From: a bacterium
GTDB lineage: Bacteria; Patescibacteriota; Minisyncoccia; UBA6257; WO2-44-18
Assembly: GCA_030698695.1 (NCBI GenBank)
Contig: JAUYMR010000012.1
Span: 1 to 53,595, forward strand
DNA: 53,595 nucleotides
Direction of reading: 5' to 3'
The notes beneath the pieces are model-generated. The model ran no database searches, was not told where the DNA came from, and saw only the letters and a list, made by a program, of their open reading frames with translations. The translations under genes were made by a program, and so were the position numbers. Shown here in pieces: positions 18,414 through 28,468 of this stretch (positions are counted from its first letter, which is position 1; each line of letters starts with the position of its first letter).

Positions 18414-19142
18414 ATGAAACAAAAAGAAAAAATATTTAAAACAGACGGTCGCATGAATGTACCAGCCAAAGATTTGCCGTTTATACCACATCATCATGGT
18501 GATTGGCGAAATTCTTTTCATTGGCGGATATTTCGTATTATGGCCGAGTTTGTGGATGGCTTTCAATTTTTAGCTGATTTTAAGAAGACGGTTACTTTTT
18601 TTGGATCTGCCAGATTCCCTCAAAATAATCAATGGTATAAAGAAGCTCAAAAATTGGGTTATATGTTATCTAAATCCGGATACGCCATTATTACTGGCGG
18701 GGGACCGGGCATCATGGAAGCCGGTAATCGTGGCGCTGTTGGGGCCAAGGGCGACTCCATTGGTTTAAATATACAGTTGCCGTACGAACAAAGAGTTAAT
18801 CCCTTTGTAAAAAAAGCTATCGGTTTTCACTATTTCTTTACTAGGAAAGTTATGCTTTCTTATTCGGCGCAGGCGTATGTCTTTTTCCCTGGCGGGTTTG
18901 GCACTTTAGATGAAGCTTTTGAGATACTGACGCTTATACAGACACATAAGATTTATGATAAAATTCCGGTTATATTGGTAGGAAAGAATTTTTGGGGTCA
19001 CATAGACCAATGGTTTAGAGAACAATTAGTCAAAGAATATAAAACTATTGATCCCGATGATGTTGAGTTGTATAAAATAGTTAATACCGCCCAGGAGGCA
19101 TTTGATATTATCAAAAAATCAAAGCCAAGACAAGAATTTTAA
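18414..19142 (+). CDS. LOG-family (TIGR00730) Rossmann-fold nucleotide-binding protein
   Basis: GGGPGIMEAGNRGA and PGGFGTLDE motifs. Confidence 0.85.
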   Translation: MKQKEKIFKTDGRMNVPAKDLPFIPHHHGDWRNSFHWRIFRIMAEFVDGFQFLADFKKTVTFFGSARFPQNNQWYKEAQKLGYMLSKSGYAIITGGGPGIMEAGNRGAVGAKGDSIGLNIQLPYEQRVNPFVKKAIGFHYFFTRKVMLSYSAQAYVFFPGGFGTLDEAFEILTLIQTHKIYDKIPVILVGKNFWGHIDQWFREQLVKEYKTIDPDDVELYKIVNTAQEAFDIIKKSKPRQEF

Positions 19143-19143
19143 A

Positions 19144-19698
19144 ATGGAAAAACCTAAATATAAAATTTGCATATCGGGTTCCGCGGTTACTGACTCTTGT
19201 GAGCCGGGGGCTATAGAAAAAGCTGAATTATTGGGCAAAGAAATTGCTAAGCGTGGTTTAGTATTGGTTACTGGGGCGACTACGGGCATACCCCAATGGT
19301 CAGCTAAGGGAGCTAAGGAAGCTGGGGGCGTAGTCATAGGTTTGTCTCCTGCAGTGTCCGAAGAGGATCACGTCAACAATTTCAAATTACCCGTAGATTA
19401 TCACGACCTTATTATTTATACGGGATTTAATTATTCAGGAAGAAATCTGTTATTAACTAGATCGGCCGATGCTGTTATAACTGTTTGCGGTCGCATGGGA
19501 ACGCTTAATGAATTTACGATTGCTTTTGAGGATGGCAAGCCGCAAGGCGTTTTGTTGGGCAGTGGTGGCATAGCCGATATGATGCCTCAAATCATAGAAA
19601 AAGCCCATCGTGGTCCCGGTAAGGTGGTGATGTCGGAAGATGTGGGTGAATTATTGGATAAAGTTATTTCTTTAATTGATGGCGATAAAACTAATTAA
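19144..19698 (+). CDS. LOG/SLOG-related TIGR00725-like protein
   Basis: ISGSA..TGATTGIP..GRMGTLNEF pattern. Start set at ATG 19144, directly after the stop of the upstream gene. Confidence 0.7.
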   Translation: MEKPKYKICISGSAVTDSCEPGAIEKAELLGKEIAKRGLVLVTGATTGIPQWSAKGAKEAGGVVIGLSPAVSEEDHVNNFKLPVDYHDLIIYTGFNYSGRNLLLTRSADAVITVCGRMGTLNEFTIAFEDGKPQGVLLGSGGIADMMPQIIEKAHRGPGKVVMSEDVGELLDKVISLIDGDKTN

Positions 19699-19719
19699 AA
19701 TAAATAAAGTTATTTTAAT

Positions 19720-19986
19720 ATGGCGAAATCTTTAAAAAAACCAAAATCTATCGGCAAAGTGACTCATTATTATGGCGGAATTAAAGTGGCGATTGTTAAA
19801 TTCAATAAAGCTATAAAAATTGGCGCGCAATTAAGATTCAATGGTTCTACTACTGATTTTGTTCAAGATTTGAAATCAATGCAGTACGATCATAAAGATA
19901 TTACTATGGCCAAAAAAGGACAAGAAGTGGGTGTTAAGGTTAAAAATAAGGTTAGGGAATATGATGAAGTTTACGAACTAAAATAG
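19720..19986 (+). CDS. Translation elongation factor-like small beta-barrel protein
   Basis: 88 aa resembling EF-Tu domain 2 (IGKVTHYY..IKVAIVKF..GQEVGVKV). Confidence 0.55.
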   Translation: MAKSLKKPKSIGKVTHYYGGIKVAIVKFNKAIKIGAQLRFNGSTTDFVQDLKSMQYDHKDITMAKKGQEVGVKVKNKVREYDEVYELK

Positions 19987-19995
19987 TCATATATA

Positions 19996-20484
19996 ATGTT
20001 GGATCAAATTTTGTCTCAGGGTAATTTGGAAATTTTTGGACAGCTATCATTAGCCGTTCTTTTGGGCGCCGCTATTGGTATGGAGCGGGAATTAGCCCGT
20101 AAAACAGCCGGTATGCGTACGTTCGCTCTAGTTTCCATGGGCGCGGCGCTTTTTTCTATTATTTCTAAATTTGCTTTTGTGGAATTCTGGGGTGTTCCCG
20201 GCTTTGATCCGTCTCGTATTGCCTCACAGGTTGTTGTTGGTATAGGTTTTTTGGGCGCCGGCTTGATAATATTAAGACAAGATAAAATTCAAGGATTAAC
20301 TACCGCCGCTGGTTTATGGGTTTCGGCAGCTATCGGCATGGCGGTCGGGTTCGGGTTATATACAGTAGCCATGTTCGCTACAATATTAACCATTATAATT
20401 CTTTTAGTTTTGTGGGCTTTTGAGCACAAAATAGTTAAACGCTTGCAATATAGTCAAGACGAATTAAATAATGAAGATCGGTAA
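19996..20484 (+). CDS. mgtC: MgtC/SapB-family membrane protein
   Basis: AVLLGAAIGMERE..AGMRTF motif and 4-5 TM segments. Confidence 0.85.
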   Translation: MLDQILSQGNLEIFGQLSLAVLLGAAIGMERELARKTAGMRTFALVSMGAALFSIISKFAFVEFWGVPGFDPSRIASQVVVGIGFLGAGLIILRQDKIQGLTTAAGLWVSAAIGMAVGFGLYTVAMFATILTIIILLVLWAFEHKIVKRLQYSQDELNNEDR

Positions 20485-21607
20485 AGATTATTGGGTTGCG
20501 ATTAGTCTATTGGCTGGAGCAATAATCGGAGCTGGTATGTTTTCTCTGCCGTTTGTTTTTCAATCATCCGGACTCACCTCGGGATTTTTTTATTTAATAC
20601 TAATTACGGTAATTTATGCCATTGTTCATCTTATGTATGCCGACGTGATTTTACGCACTAAGGAAAGGCATCGTTTTGTGGGATATGCCAATGTTTATTT
20701 AGGTCAGAATTTATTTTGGCTTACTGTCGCGATGACGGTAGTAGAAATGATTTTTGTGCTAGCAATCTATTTAGTTTTGTCTCAAAGCTTTGTCGGTTTA
20801 ATTGTGCCCTCGTCTGGCAATTTGACTCAATTGCTTGTTTTTTGGTTGATCGGTTCAGTAGCTATTTTTGCCTCTTTGAGGCGCTTGGCTTTTCTAGAAT
20901 CATTGATCACGATCGGAATGGTATTGATAATAATCGTTATTTTTATTTTGGCTTGGTTCAATTATACTGATTTGCCGGATAATTTATGGAAAATCAATTT
21001 CTCCAATATATTATTTCCCTTGGCGCCCATCCTATTTTCTTTATCTGGCAGAGTAGCTATACCTATTTTGATTGACTTCGCTAAGCTAAAAGGCCGCAAG
21101 CCCAGCTTCATCAAAAGATCTGTCATTTGGGGCATCGTTATCCCGGCGATTATCTATGGTTTGTTTGCTATAGGAATTATTATGTTGTCGGGGTCGGCTT
21201 CCGTTGACGCTGTTTCTGGGTTGATAGGAAAAACTTCGCCAACGATATTGATGATTGTCGGCTTTTTGGGACTACTCTCCATATTTAGTTCCTATATCTT
21301 AATTGGTTCAGATATTAAAGAAACTCTGCGCTATGATTTACAGATGCCCGGTTGGTTGAGATTATTGATCGTTGTCGGATCGCCAGTGTTTCTTTATTTT
21401 ATTGGTTTTCAGGGATTGATTGGTCTTATAGGTATTGTCGGGGGTATTTTTCTTACCATTGAAGGAATTATGATGGTAGTTATTTGGCTCAGAGCCGACA
21501 AAATTTTATCGGAACCATCGCAATTGATCGGGGCATTTAGCAGGTCAATGACGTGGGTTTTGATCTTAGTGTTTGCGGTTACTTTTGTGTATGAGATAAT
21601 TAAATAG
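20471..21607 (+). CDS. Amino-acid permease-like polytopic membrane protein
   Basis: About 11 hydrophobic segments with an N-terminal GAGMFSLP motif similar to aromatic amino-acid/APC-type transporters. Confidence 0.65.
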   Translation: MKIGKDYWVAISLLAGAIIGAGMFSLPFVFQSSGLTSGFFYLILITVIYAIVHLMYADVILRTKERHRFVGYANVYLGQNLFWLTVAMTVVEMIFVLAIYLVLSQSFVGLIVPSSGNLTQLLVFWLIGSVAIFASLRRLAFLESLITIGMVLIIIVIFILAWFNYTDLPDNLWKINFSNILFPLAPILFSLSGRVAIPILIDFAKLKGRKPSFIKRSVIWGIVIPAIIYGLFAIGIIMLSGSASVDAVSGLIGKTSPTILMIVGFLGLLSIFSSYILIGSDIKETLRYDLQMPGWLRLLIVVGSPVFLYFIGFQGLIGLIGIVGGIFLTIEGIMMVVIWLRADKILSEPSQLIGAFSRSMTWVLILVFAVTFVYEIIK

Positions 21608-21641
21608 GAAGCGATTATAAATTGTTTAATAGTATGAGTTT

Positions 21642-22163
21642 GTGATAAAAATATTTAGGAAAAAATATAATACAAAACTACCCCAAGCCGGTAATGATAT
21701 TGAAGAGTTCGGCGGAGGAAAAAAAGGATTGTGGTTTTGTGGTATTTGTCAGGCGGTATATTTCAAAAAATCTTGGCATCACAACTTAGTCAATCTTAAG
21801 ATATCTGACAATAAGGACGCGTTAGTAAAATTCACCATATGTCCGTCTTGCAAGATGATTAAAGATAAGCAATATGAGGGAATAATCGTTATCAAAAAAA
21901 TACCGTCAGATAGAGCCGTTAAGTTGAATTTAGACGAATTTATTACATCTTTTTGTCGGTGCGCTTACGAGATAGATCCGATGGATCGATTAATTTCTTT
22001 GATCAAAAATGGTGGGAGTTGGATCATTACTACGACCGAAAATCAACTAGCTAATAAACTGGCGCGCCGGATTAAAAACAAGTTTAAGACCGCTAAAACT
22101 AAAATCAATTTTCAAAAAGAGCCCGGGGATGTTGTTAATATAACCTTGGAATTTATCTCTTAG
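21642..22163 (+). CDS. Hypothetical CxxC..CxxC protein (BCAM0308/NMD3-like?)
   Basis: CGICQAVYFKKSWHH ... CPSCKMIKDKQYEGII pattern. GTG start. Confidence 0.45.
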   Translation: MIKIFRKKYNTKLPQAGNDIEEFGGGKKGLWFCGICQAVYFKKSWHHNLVNLKISDNKDALVKFTICPSCKMIKDKQYEGIIVIKKIPSDRAVKLNLDEFITSFCRCAYEIDPMDRLISLIKNGGSWIITTTENQLANKLARRIKNKFKTAKTKINFQKEPGDVVNITLEFIS

Positions 22164-22166
22164 CCG

Positions 22167-23492
22167 ATGAAGCTAACGAAGGCGATTTTCTATTTGTTTC
22201 TAGCAAGCATCCCATTGGGGACTAGGTTTTTAGTGTATCAATTCACTTCGGGATTTCATGAATACGAAGCAATTTTTTTATATGCTAGCGATATATTATT
22301 GATATCTTTTTTATTTTTGGTATTTTTTCAACATTCCAACATTCTTAAGAATGTTGGAATGTTGCGTGGGGGATGGGCTTTGATTTTCTTTGTGGTTTTA
22401 AGTGGCGTCTCTATTTTTTGGGCGACAGCTATCGGATTAGCAATTTATAATTTTATCAAATTGTGTTTGCTGGTTTTAATGGCGCTAGCTATTGTTCAAT
22501 GGTTAAGATCGGGATCAATTAGACTCAGTCATATTTTAATTATTTTAGCTGGCTCGGCCGCTTTTCAATCGTTGTTGGGATTTTGGCAATTTCTTAAGCA
22601 GGCCAGTATCGGTTTGGGGTTTTTAGGCGAGTCAGTTCTCGGACCAACTATAGGTGGCTCAGCCAAGATCATTGTTAACGGAGCGCCCATTTTGCGCGCC
22701 TACGGCACGTTTCCGCATCCCAATGTTCTAGCGGCGTTTTTATTGTTGGGGCTGTTTAGTCTATATTATTTGTGGTTTGGATATAATACAAACGGCACAA
22801 ACGTAATGCGCGCATCGCTAGTTAGATTTTTTTTAGTTGGAGGATTTTTTGTTGTGATTTTGGGTTTGATTTTGACTTTTTCTCGCTCCGCTTGGGTCAT
22901 AGGCTTATTTTCAACAATGGCATTTAGCATTTATTGGTTGGTGCTTAAAGTCTCGCGCCGTCCCGCGATGTTTTTAGTGTTAGCACTTCTTACTATCAGC
23001 TCCCTACTACTAGTCATCTTCAATTCTTATATTTTCCCACGCGCTCATATTTCTGCCAGCGAGCCAGCAGTGGTTTATCGTTTGGAATATAATAAATTGG
23101 GAATGGATTTAATTAAAAATAATCTTTTAGGAGTCGGCATCGGTAATCAGGTTCTGTATTCGGTGCGTGAAGGTGTTTATCAAAAATTTGGCATGGATCA
23201 AGTTTGGCAATGGCAACCAATTCATAACATTTATTTGCTAATCGCGTCTGAAGTGGGAATCGTTGGATTTTTATTTTTTATGGTTTTTATCGGTTATTTA
23301 ATTTTTGATTTAAGACGTCTATCATTTAACCCCTCGCACCCGACAATGTTAATAATGCTTATGGCGTTATTAATATTCGGTCTAGTTGATCATTTTCTTT
23401 GGACATTGCAACCAGGCAAACTTATGTTGTGGTTAGTTGTGGGTATGGCGATAGCGCGGAGCGTTGAGGTGGCCAGCCTTGCTTCTTCCTAA
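22167..23492 (+). CDS. O-antigen ligase (Wzy_C)-like membrane protein
   Basis: At least 10 TM segments and a central SRSAW motif typical of O-antigen ligase-like proteins. Confidence 0.7.
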   Translation: MKLTKAIFYLFLASIPLGTRFLVYQFTSGFHEYEAIFLYASDILLISFLFLVFFQHSNILKNVGMLRGGWALIFFVVLSGVSIFWATAIGLAIYNFIKLCLLVLMALAIVQWLRSGSIRLSHILIILAGSAAFQSLLGFWQFLKQASIGLGFLGESVLGPTIGGSAKIIVNGAPILRAYGTFPHPNVLAAFLLLGLFSLYYLWFGYNTNGTNVMRASLVRFFLVGGFFVVILGLILTFSRSAWVIGLFSTMAFSIYWLVLKVSRRPAMFLVLALLTISSLLLVIFNSYIFPRAHISASEPAVVYRLEYNKLGMDLIKNNLLGVGIGNQVLYSVREGVYQKFGMDQVWQWQPIHNIYLLIASEVGIVGFLFFMVFIGYLIFDLRRLSFNPSHPTMLIMLMALLIFGLVDHFLWTLQPGKLMLWLVVGMAIARSVEVASLASS

Positions 23493-23560
23493 AATTCATA
23501 GTATAATTTCAGCAAAAGTTTGTAAGTTTTCTTTGACAATCAAAAATAGGAGGCGCAAAA

Positions 23561-24208
23561 GTGCACGATCACTGTCATAGGAGTCGCATGAAGCATGATT
23601 GTCTTAGTGGATATTGCGCGCGTGATATGAGTAGATATCGAGCAGTGCTTGGAATTACTCTGGGGATTGCTTTATTGGAGATTGTCGGCGGCATTTGGTC
23701 CGGCAGTCTAGCGCTGTTGTCTGACGCTGGTCATGTTGCTGGTGACGGGCTCGCCACGGTTATTTCCATAGTTGTCTATGTTGCGGTTCATAGACAGTCG
23801 TCGGAAGGAGAAAGTGCAATACGAGCGAGAGGCGCGTATATCCTCGGCGGACTATTTTTAATAACCGCCGGCTGGATTCTTTATGAGTCGTCTCAACGCT
23901 TTCGTGAAGATGTCCAGATCGCCACGCCAATGATGCTAGTGGTCGCTATGGTGGGGTTTCTGGGCAATTGTTGGCAAATGGGAGTAATGTCAGGTGGCAT
24001 TAAAAATATTACCAATCTAACTTTGGAGAGGCATTTTTGGACCGATGCCATTCAAAGCGTTGGGGTAATAGTTACCGGCTTGACCATTTGGTTAACTGGC
24101 TGGACGTCCATTGACGCCGTTTGTTCAACCATTATAGCGCTGGTCATTGCTTTTTATGGTTTGGCGACCATCAAATCGGCCCGCGCGATGACCGACTTAT
24201 CGTCTTGA
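23561..24208 (+). CDS. Cation diffusion facilitator transporter, transmembrane domain only
   Basis: AGGAGG SD before a GTG start. CDF signature SLALLSDAGHVAGD and 6 TM segments, but no C-terminal cytoplasmic domain (215 aa). Confidence 0.7.
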   Translation: MHDHCHRSRMKHDCLSGYCARDMSRYRAVLGITLGIALLEIVGGIWSGSLALLSDAGHVAGDGLATVISIVVYVAVHRQSSEGESAIRARGAYILGGLFLITAGWILYESSQRFREDVQIATPMMLVVAMVGFLGNCWQMGVMSGGIKNITNLTLERHFWTDAIQSVGVIVTGLTIWLTGWTSIDAVCSTIIALVIAFYGLATIKSARAMTDLSS

Positions 24209-24223
24209 GAAGAATATAAATAC

Positions 24224-24268
24224 CCCCCGCCTTGTCCCGTTTACGGGACTTGGCGGGGTATTTTATTT
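24224..24268 (+). terminator. Rho-independent terminator
   Basis: CCCCGCC..GTCCCGTttACGGGAC..GGCGGGG hairpin followed by a T-rich tract. Confidence 0.7.
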
Positions 24269-24324
24269 TAATTGACAACATTTCGCGTCTAGCCGCGAAA
24301 TTATCCGAATCTGTTATAATAAAA

Positions 24325-24903
24325 ATGATTATGGACAAAAGAAATCAATTGCGGCAGTTAGAATCGGAAATAGAATCCGATAAATCTTTGCCCCTACAAG
24401 AATCAAATTTAGTATTTGGAGAGGGTAATATTGACGCGCGGGTTATGTTTATTGGGGAGGCGCCCGGATCAACTGAGGATTTACAGAGGCGTCCGTTTGT
24501 TGGTCGCGGTGGCCAATTGCTTAATAAAATCTTGACCGAAATTGGTTGGAAACGCGAAGACGTTTATATTACCAATATCGTCAAAAGACGGCCGCCCGAT
24601 AATCGCGACCCGTTGCCGGAAGAAATTATCGTTTACCAGCCTTATCTTACTAAACAAATTGAGATTATTAATCCCAAAATAATAGCAACCCTGGGGAGAT
24701 TCGCTATGAATTATTTTATACCTACGGCTAAAATCAGCAGAGACCAGGGCAAGATTTTTAGAGTGGGTCGGCGTTTAATGATGCCCATTTATCACCCCGC
24801 CGCGGCTCTGCGAGCTACTAACGTTATGAAAGATTTTAAAGCAAGTTTTAGTAAATTGATCAAGGCGGTTGCCAAGGCGGATGAATTGTTGAGTAAACAA
24901 TGA
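24325..24903 (+). CDS. Uracil-DNA glycosylase, family 4
   Basis: GEAPG..ED and RPF.GR.G motifs. Start moved downstream of the terminator to ATG 24325 (or 24331). Confidence 0.85.
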   Translation: MIMDKRNQLRQLESEIESDKSLPLQESNLVFGEGNIDARVMFIGEAPGSTEDLQRRPFVGRGGQLLNKILTEIGWKREDVYITNIVKRRPPDNRDPLPEEIIVYQPYLTKQIEIINPKIIATLGRFAMNYFIPTAKISRDQGKIFRVGRRLMMPIYHPAAALRATNVMKDFKASFSKLIKAVAKADELLSKQ

Positions 24904-24966
24904 TCCGGAGGGGGTAATTATTTTTTGACGCCTCGCAAACTAGCTTGTTTTAGATATAATTATAGT

Positions 24967-25317
24967 ATGACTCAGACAGCGCTCGTTTATTTGATAAATC
25001 GCTTCTTCTATCGTTTAATAGGGTTTTTGCGTCACTGGTATGTTGGCGGATTTTTTGTTGTTGGGCATCGCGCGTTAGTTATTTTACAATTTTTAGATAA
25101 ACAATTAGCTCTCAAGGTTACATTTAGGCATTGGTTCAAGCCACTATATCAGGATTATACTATTTTGGGCTATATTTTGGGTTTATTTTTTAGAACTAGT
25201 AGGATTATTATCGCCACAGGGCTCTATCTTATTATCATCGTCGCGGCAGCCGTTGTTTATATCATTTGGGCCGCGGCGCCCTTGTATATTATTTATCGTG
25301 GAGTTCTGAATATATGA
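24967..25317 (+). CDS. Small membrane protein (hypothetical)
   Basis: Hydrophobic segments. Its stop overlaps the next gene's start (ATGA). Confidence 0.5.
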   Translation: MTQTALVYLINRFFYRLIGFLRHWYVGGFFVVGHRALVILQFLDKQLALKVTFRHWFKPLYQDYTILGYILGLFFRTSRIIIATGLYLIIIVAAAVVYIIWAAAPLYIIYRGVLNI

Positions 25318-27818
25318 ATCAAGAAATATATTTTAATGAGCCGCGATTAAAATTAACCTCAAGTGGTAGGTTTTTAGTCAGTTTCATTACATACCTTTTC
25401 TATGGCGTTGCGGTGGCATCGGCTGTAGTATTTTTGCTTTCTGATTTGATTTGGTTGCAGTCAATCGGATTTTTGTTGGCGGCTTTTTTATTGGATAGAT
25501 TATTGAATTTACGCAAAGCCGATAGATCAATAATTGCTATCGGGCAGAGCGGCAAAATAAATACGGCCGACTATCTATCTCCATCGGCTTATGCAGCCAT
25601 TGAACGTAGTCTGGAAAAATCTTTATTGGCTGGCGGAGACTTCTTTTTATACCTTATTGACAATTTAATTGGTCGCTCCGAGATTAAGAGCGGCCTTACG
25701 AGGTTAGATATAGATTTTGATGAGTTCACTAACAAATTAGCGCATCATCTACAAAATGTTCAATTCTCAAAACTAGACAAAGATGTTTTGTTGTTGCAAA
25801 TAGAAAAGCTGACCAACGCCGCCTTTCGCCAAGCAGTGCTTAGTCATAATTCCCAAATTGACCCTAAAGATATTTTTGCGGCCCTTAGTGATCTAGATGA
25901 TGAAAGCGTTGCTAGATTATTGAGACTTTTTAACATTGACGCCGGCGATTTGGAAAACGCGCTTATTTATAGCCGTTTTAAGAAATTTTTTTGGGGATTG
26001 CGTCGTTTGCCGGCTAGCTTAACCGGATTGACTAATAAATCGTTTGGGCGTCAACGCCGCATCATGAATCGCGCTTGGACGGCCAGACCAACTCCGACTT
26101 TAGATAGCTTTAGCAATGATCTTACCGATGCCGCTCACTCCGAAAAAATTGGTTTTTTGATAGGTCATAATGATGAATATGGTCGTCTGGTGGATGTATT
26201 GGCGCGTCCGAGTAATCCGAATGTGGTTTTGGTTGGCGATCCGGGTACTGGCAAAAGCACTTTAGTGGCCCATTTGGCATATCGCATTGTTCACGATACA
26301 GTTCCCGAGCCATTATTTGACAAGCGTTTAGTGGCTTTAGAAATAGGTCAGTTAGTTGCTGGAGCGGCCGAAGGAGAGCTACAGGAACGAATCAATAAGA
26401 TAATAAATGAGATTATAACTGCCGGGAATATTATTCTGTATATACCAGATATACACAATTTGATTAAAACCTCCGGTCAATTGCATTTGAGCGCGGCTGA
26501 TATTATTATGCCCGCGATTAAGGGTAATGCTTTTTCGGTCATTGGCGCGACTTACCCGCGCGAATATAAACAATACATTGAATCTAATAATGATTTTACT
26601 AGCTCGTTTGAATCCATAAAAGTCAAAGAAATTAGCGAAGATGAATCTATTAAGTTCTTGGTGTATGACAGTATTATTTTAGAGAAACAATATAAAATCA
26701 TTATCAGTTTCGCCGCTATCAAAAACGCTACTAGGCTGGCGCGTAAATATTTTCGTCAGAAATTATTGCCGGCTAGCGCTGAAGATCTGCTCAAAGAATC
26801 CTTGACCAACGCCGTTAAGAGGAAAGATAAAATTCTTAACGGGTCGGATGTTGTAGATGTGGCGCAGAGAAAAATAAATATCCCGCTGGAGTCGGCTAGT
26901 GGCGGGGAGGCCAAGAGACTGCTTAACTTAGAGGGATTGATACACGAACGCTTGATTGATCAAGAGGCGGCGGTTCGGGCCGTGGCCAGATCATTAAGAG
27001 AATATCGCAGTGGATTGAGTCGTCGGGGTGGACCGATAGCAACTTTTTTGTTTGTTGGTCCGACTGGCGTTGGCAAGACTGAACTGTCCAAGATTTTGTC
27101 TAAGATACAATTCGGTTCCAGCGACGCTATGATTAGGTTTGATATGTCGGAATACCAGAACAAAGACAGCTTACGCCGCTTTATCGGCTTACCTGATGGA
27201 TCTATCGGGGGGACTTTAACGGATGCCATTTTGGAGAGGCCCTATAGTTTGATTTTGTTGGACGAGTTTGAAAAAGCCCATCCGGATATATTAAATTTAT
27301 TCCTTCAGGTTTTTGATGATGGGCGTCTAACTGATAGTTTGGGTCGTACGGTGGATTTTCAAAATACGATAATCATCGCCACCAGCAATGCCCATTCCAA
27401 TTTTATTAAAGATGAAATTGAAAATGGCGTAGATATTAAAAATATTTCTGATAACTTGAAGAAGAAATTGACAGAGATTTTCAGGCCAGAATTGTTAAAT
27501 CGTTTTTCGGGGGTTATAGTATTTAGGAATTTGTTGCCGGAGCACATAGAGGCCATCGCAAGATTGCACCTTAAGGATTTAGCGAAGACTGTCGGAGAAC
27601 AGGGAATCGGCATATCGTTTGATGAATCTGCCATAAAGCAAATAGCTGCCATAGGTTATGATCCTATTTTTGGAGCTAGGCCGCTACGTAATGCCATTTC
27701 CGAAAATTTACGAAGTATTTTAGCAGAGAAAATTTTAGGCGGTGAATTTGTGAAAGGTAGTCAAGTTAGGGTTGTCTATGACAGGGAATTTAAATTTATT
27801 GCCAATAATTCTATATGA
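25314..27818 (+). CDS. ClpB/ClpC-like double AAA+ ATPase with N-terminal transmembrane anchor
   Basis: Two Walker A sites (GDPGTGKST, GPTGVGKTE) and a C-terminal ClpB_D2-small-like region. The N-terminal ~80 aa hold two hydrophobic helices. Confidence 0.85.
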   Translation: MNQEIYFNEPRLKLTSSGRFLVSFITYLFYGVAVASAVVFLLSDLIWLQSIGFLLAAFLLDRLLNLRKADRSIIAIGQSGKINTADYLSPSAYAAIERSLEKSLLAGGDFFLYLIDNLIGRSEIKSGLTRLDIDFDEFTNKLAHHLQNVQFSKLDKDVLLLQIEKLTNAAFRQAVLSHNSQIDPKDIFAALSDLDDESVARLLRLFNIDAGDLENALIYSRFKKFFWGLRRLPASLTGLTNKSFGRQRRIMNRAWTARPTPTLDSFSNDLTDAAHSEKIGFLIGHNDEYGRLVDVLARPSNPNVVLVGDPGTGKSTLVAHLAYRIVHDTVPEPLFDKRLVALEIGQLVAGAAEGELQERINKIINEIITAGNIILYIPDIHNLIKTSGQLHLSAADIIMPAIKGNAFSVIGATYPREYKQYIESNNDFTSSFESIKVKEISEDESIKFLVYDSIILEKQYKIIISFAAIKNATRLARKYFRQKLLPASAEDLLKESLTNAVKRKDKILNGSDVVDVAQRKINIPLESASGGEAKRLLNLEGLIHERLIDQEAAVRAVARSLREYRSGLSRRGGPIATFLFVGPTGVGKTELSKILSKIQFGSSDAMIRFDMSEYQNKDSLRRFIGLPDGSIGGTLTDAILERPYSLILLDEFEKAHPDILNLFLQVFDDGRLTDSLGRTVDFQNTIIIATSNAHSNFIKDEIENGVDIKNISDNLKKKLTEIFRPELLNRFSGVIVFRNLLPEHIEAIARLHLKDLAKTVGEQGIGISFDESAIKQIAAIGYDPIFGARPLRNAISENLRSILAEKILGGEFVKGSQVRVVYDREFKFIANNSI

Positions 27819-28468
27819 ACAAAATATTTAAGTTGAGACTACAATTTAATAGAATAGTAAGAGTTTTCGTAATGGTAGATTTCTTTTTTAATTCCGCCCT
27901 CGGTTTATTCGCTCCAGTTTTCGCTATATTTATTTTAGAAAACATTCAAGGCGGATCTGCTAGGGTCGTTGGTTTCGCGGCTGCTATTTATTGGATAGTA
28001 AAATCAATTTTTCAATTGCCGATTGCTCGTTTCTTAGATAAAACCGACGGCGAGAGTGATGATTTCTGGGTATTATCTATAGGATATTTTTTAACTAGTT
28101 TCGTGCCCCTGTTGTATATTTTAGTAAAAGAGCCGTGGCATCTTTATGTTATTCAAGGATTTTTCGGTTTTTGTATGGCCTGGGCCGTGCCGGCTTGGTA
28201 TGGTATTTTTACCAGGCATCTTGATAATGGTCGCATAAGTTTTGAATGGAGTTTGGAAAGTGTTATATCCGTCGGTTTAGCTACTTCAATTGCTACCGCG
28301 ACAGGTGGTTATATTGCTGACGTTTTCGGGTTTACAACATTGTTTACTATAGCTAGCGCGCTTTCTTTCGTGGCGACCTTCTCATTGCTATTAATCAGAA
28401 AAGATATAAAACCCATTGATCACAAACAGAAAGTAGTTCTAGAAAGGGTCAACCATCGATCACTATGA
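27815..28468 (+). CDS. MFS-like half-size transporter (6 TM)
   Basis: Six hydrophobic segments and an MFS-like loop PIARFLDK. ATGA overlap with the clp-like gene. Confidence 0.55.
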   Translation: MNKIFKLRLQFNRIVRVFVMVDFFFNSALGLFAPVFAIFILENIQGGSARVVGFAAAIYWIVKSIFQLPIARFLDKTDGESDDFWVLSIGYFLTSFVPLLYILVKEPWHLYVIQGFFGFCMAWAVPAWYGIFTRHLDNGRISFEWSLESVISVGLATSIATATGGYIADVFGFTTLFTIASALSFVATFSLLLIRKDIKPIDHKQKVVLERVNHRSL

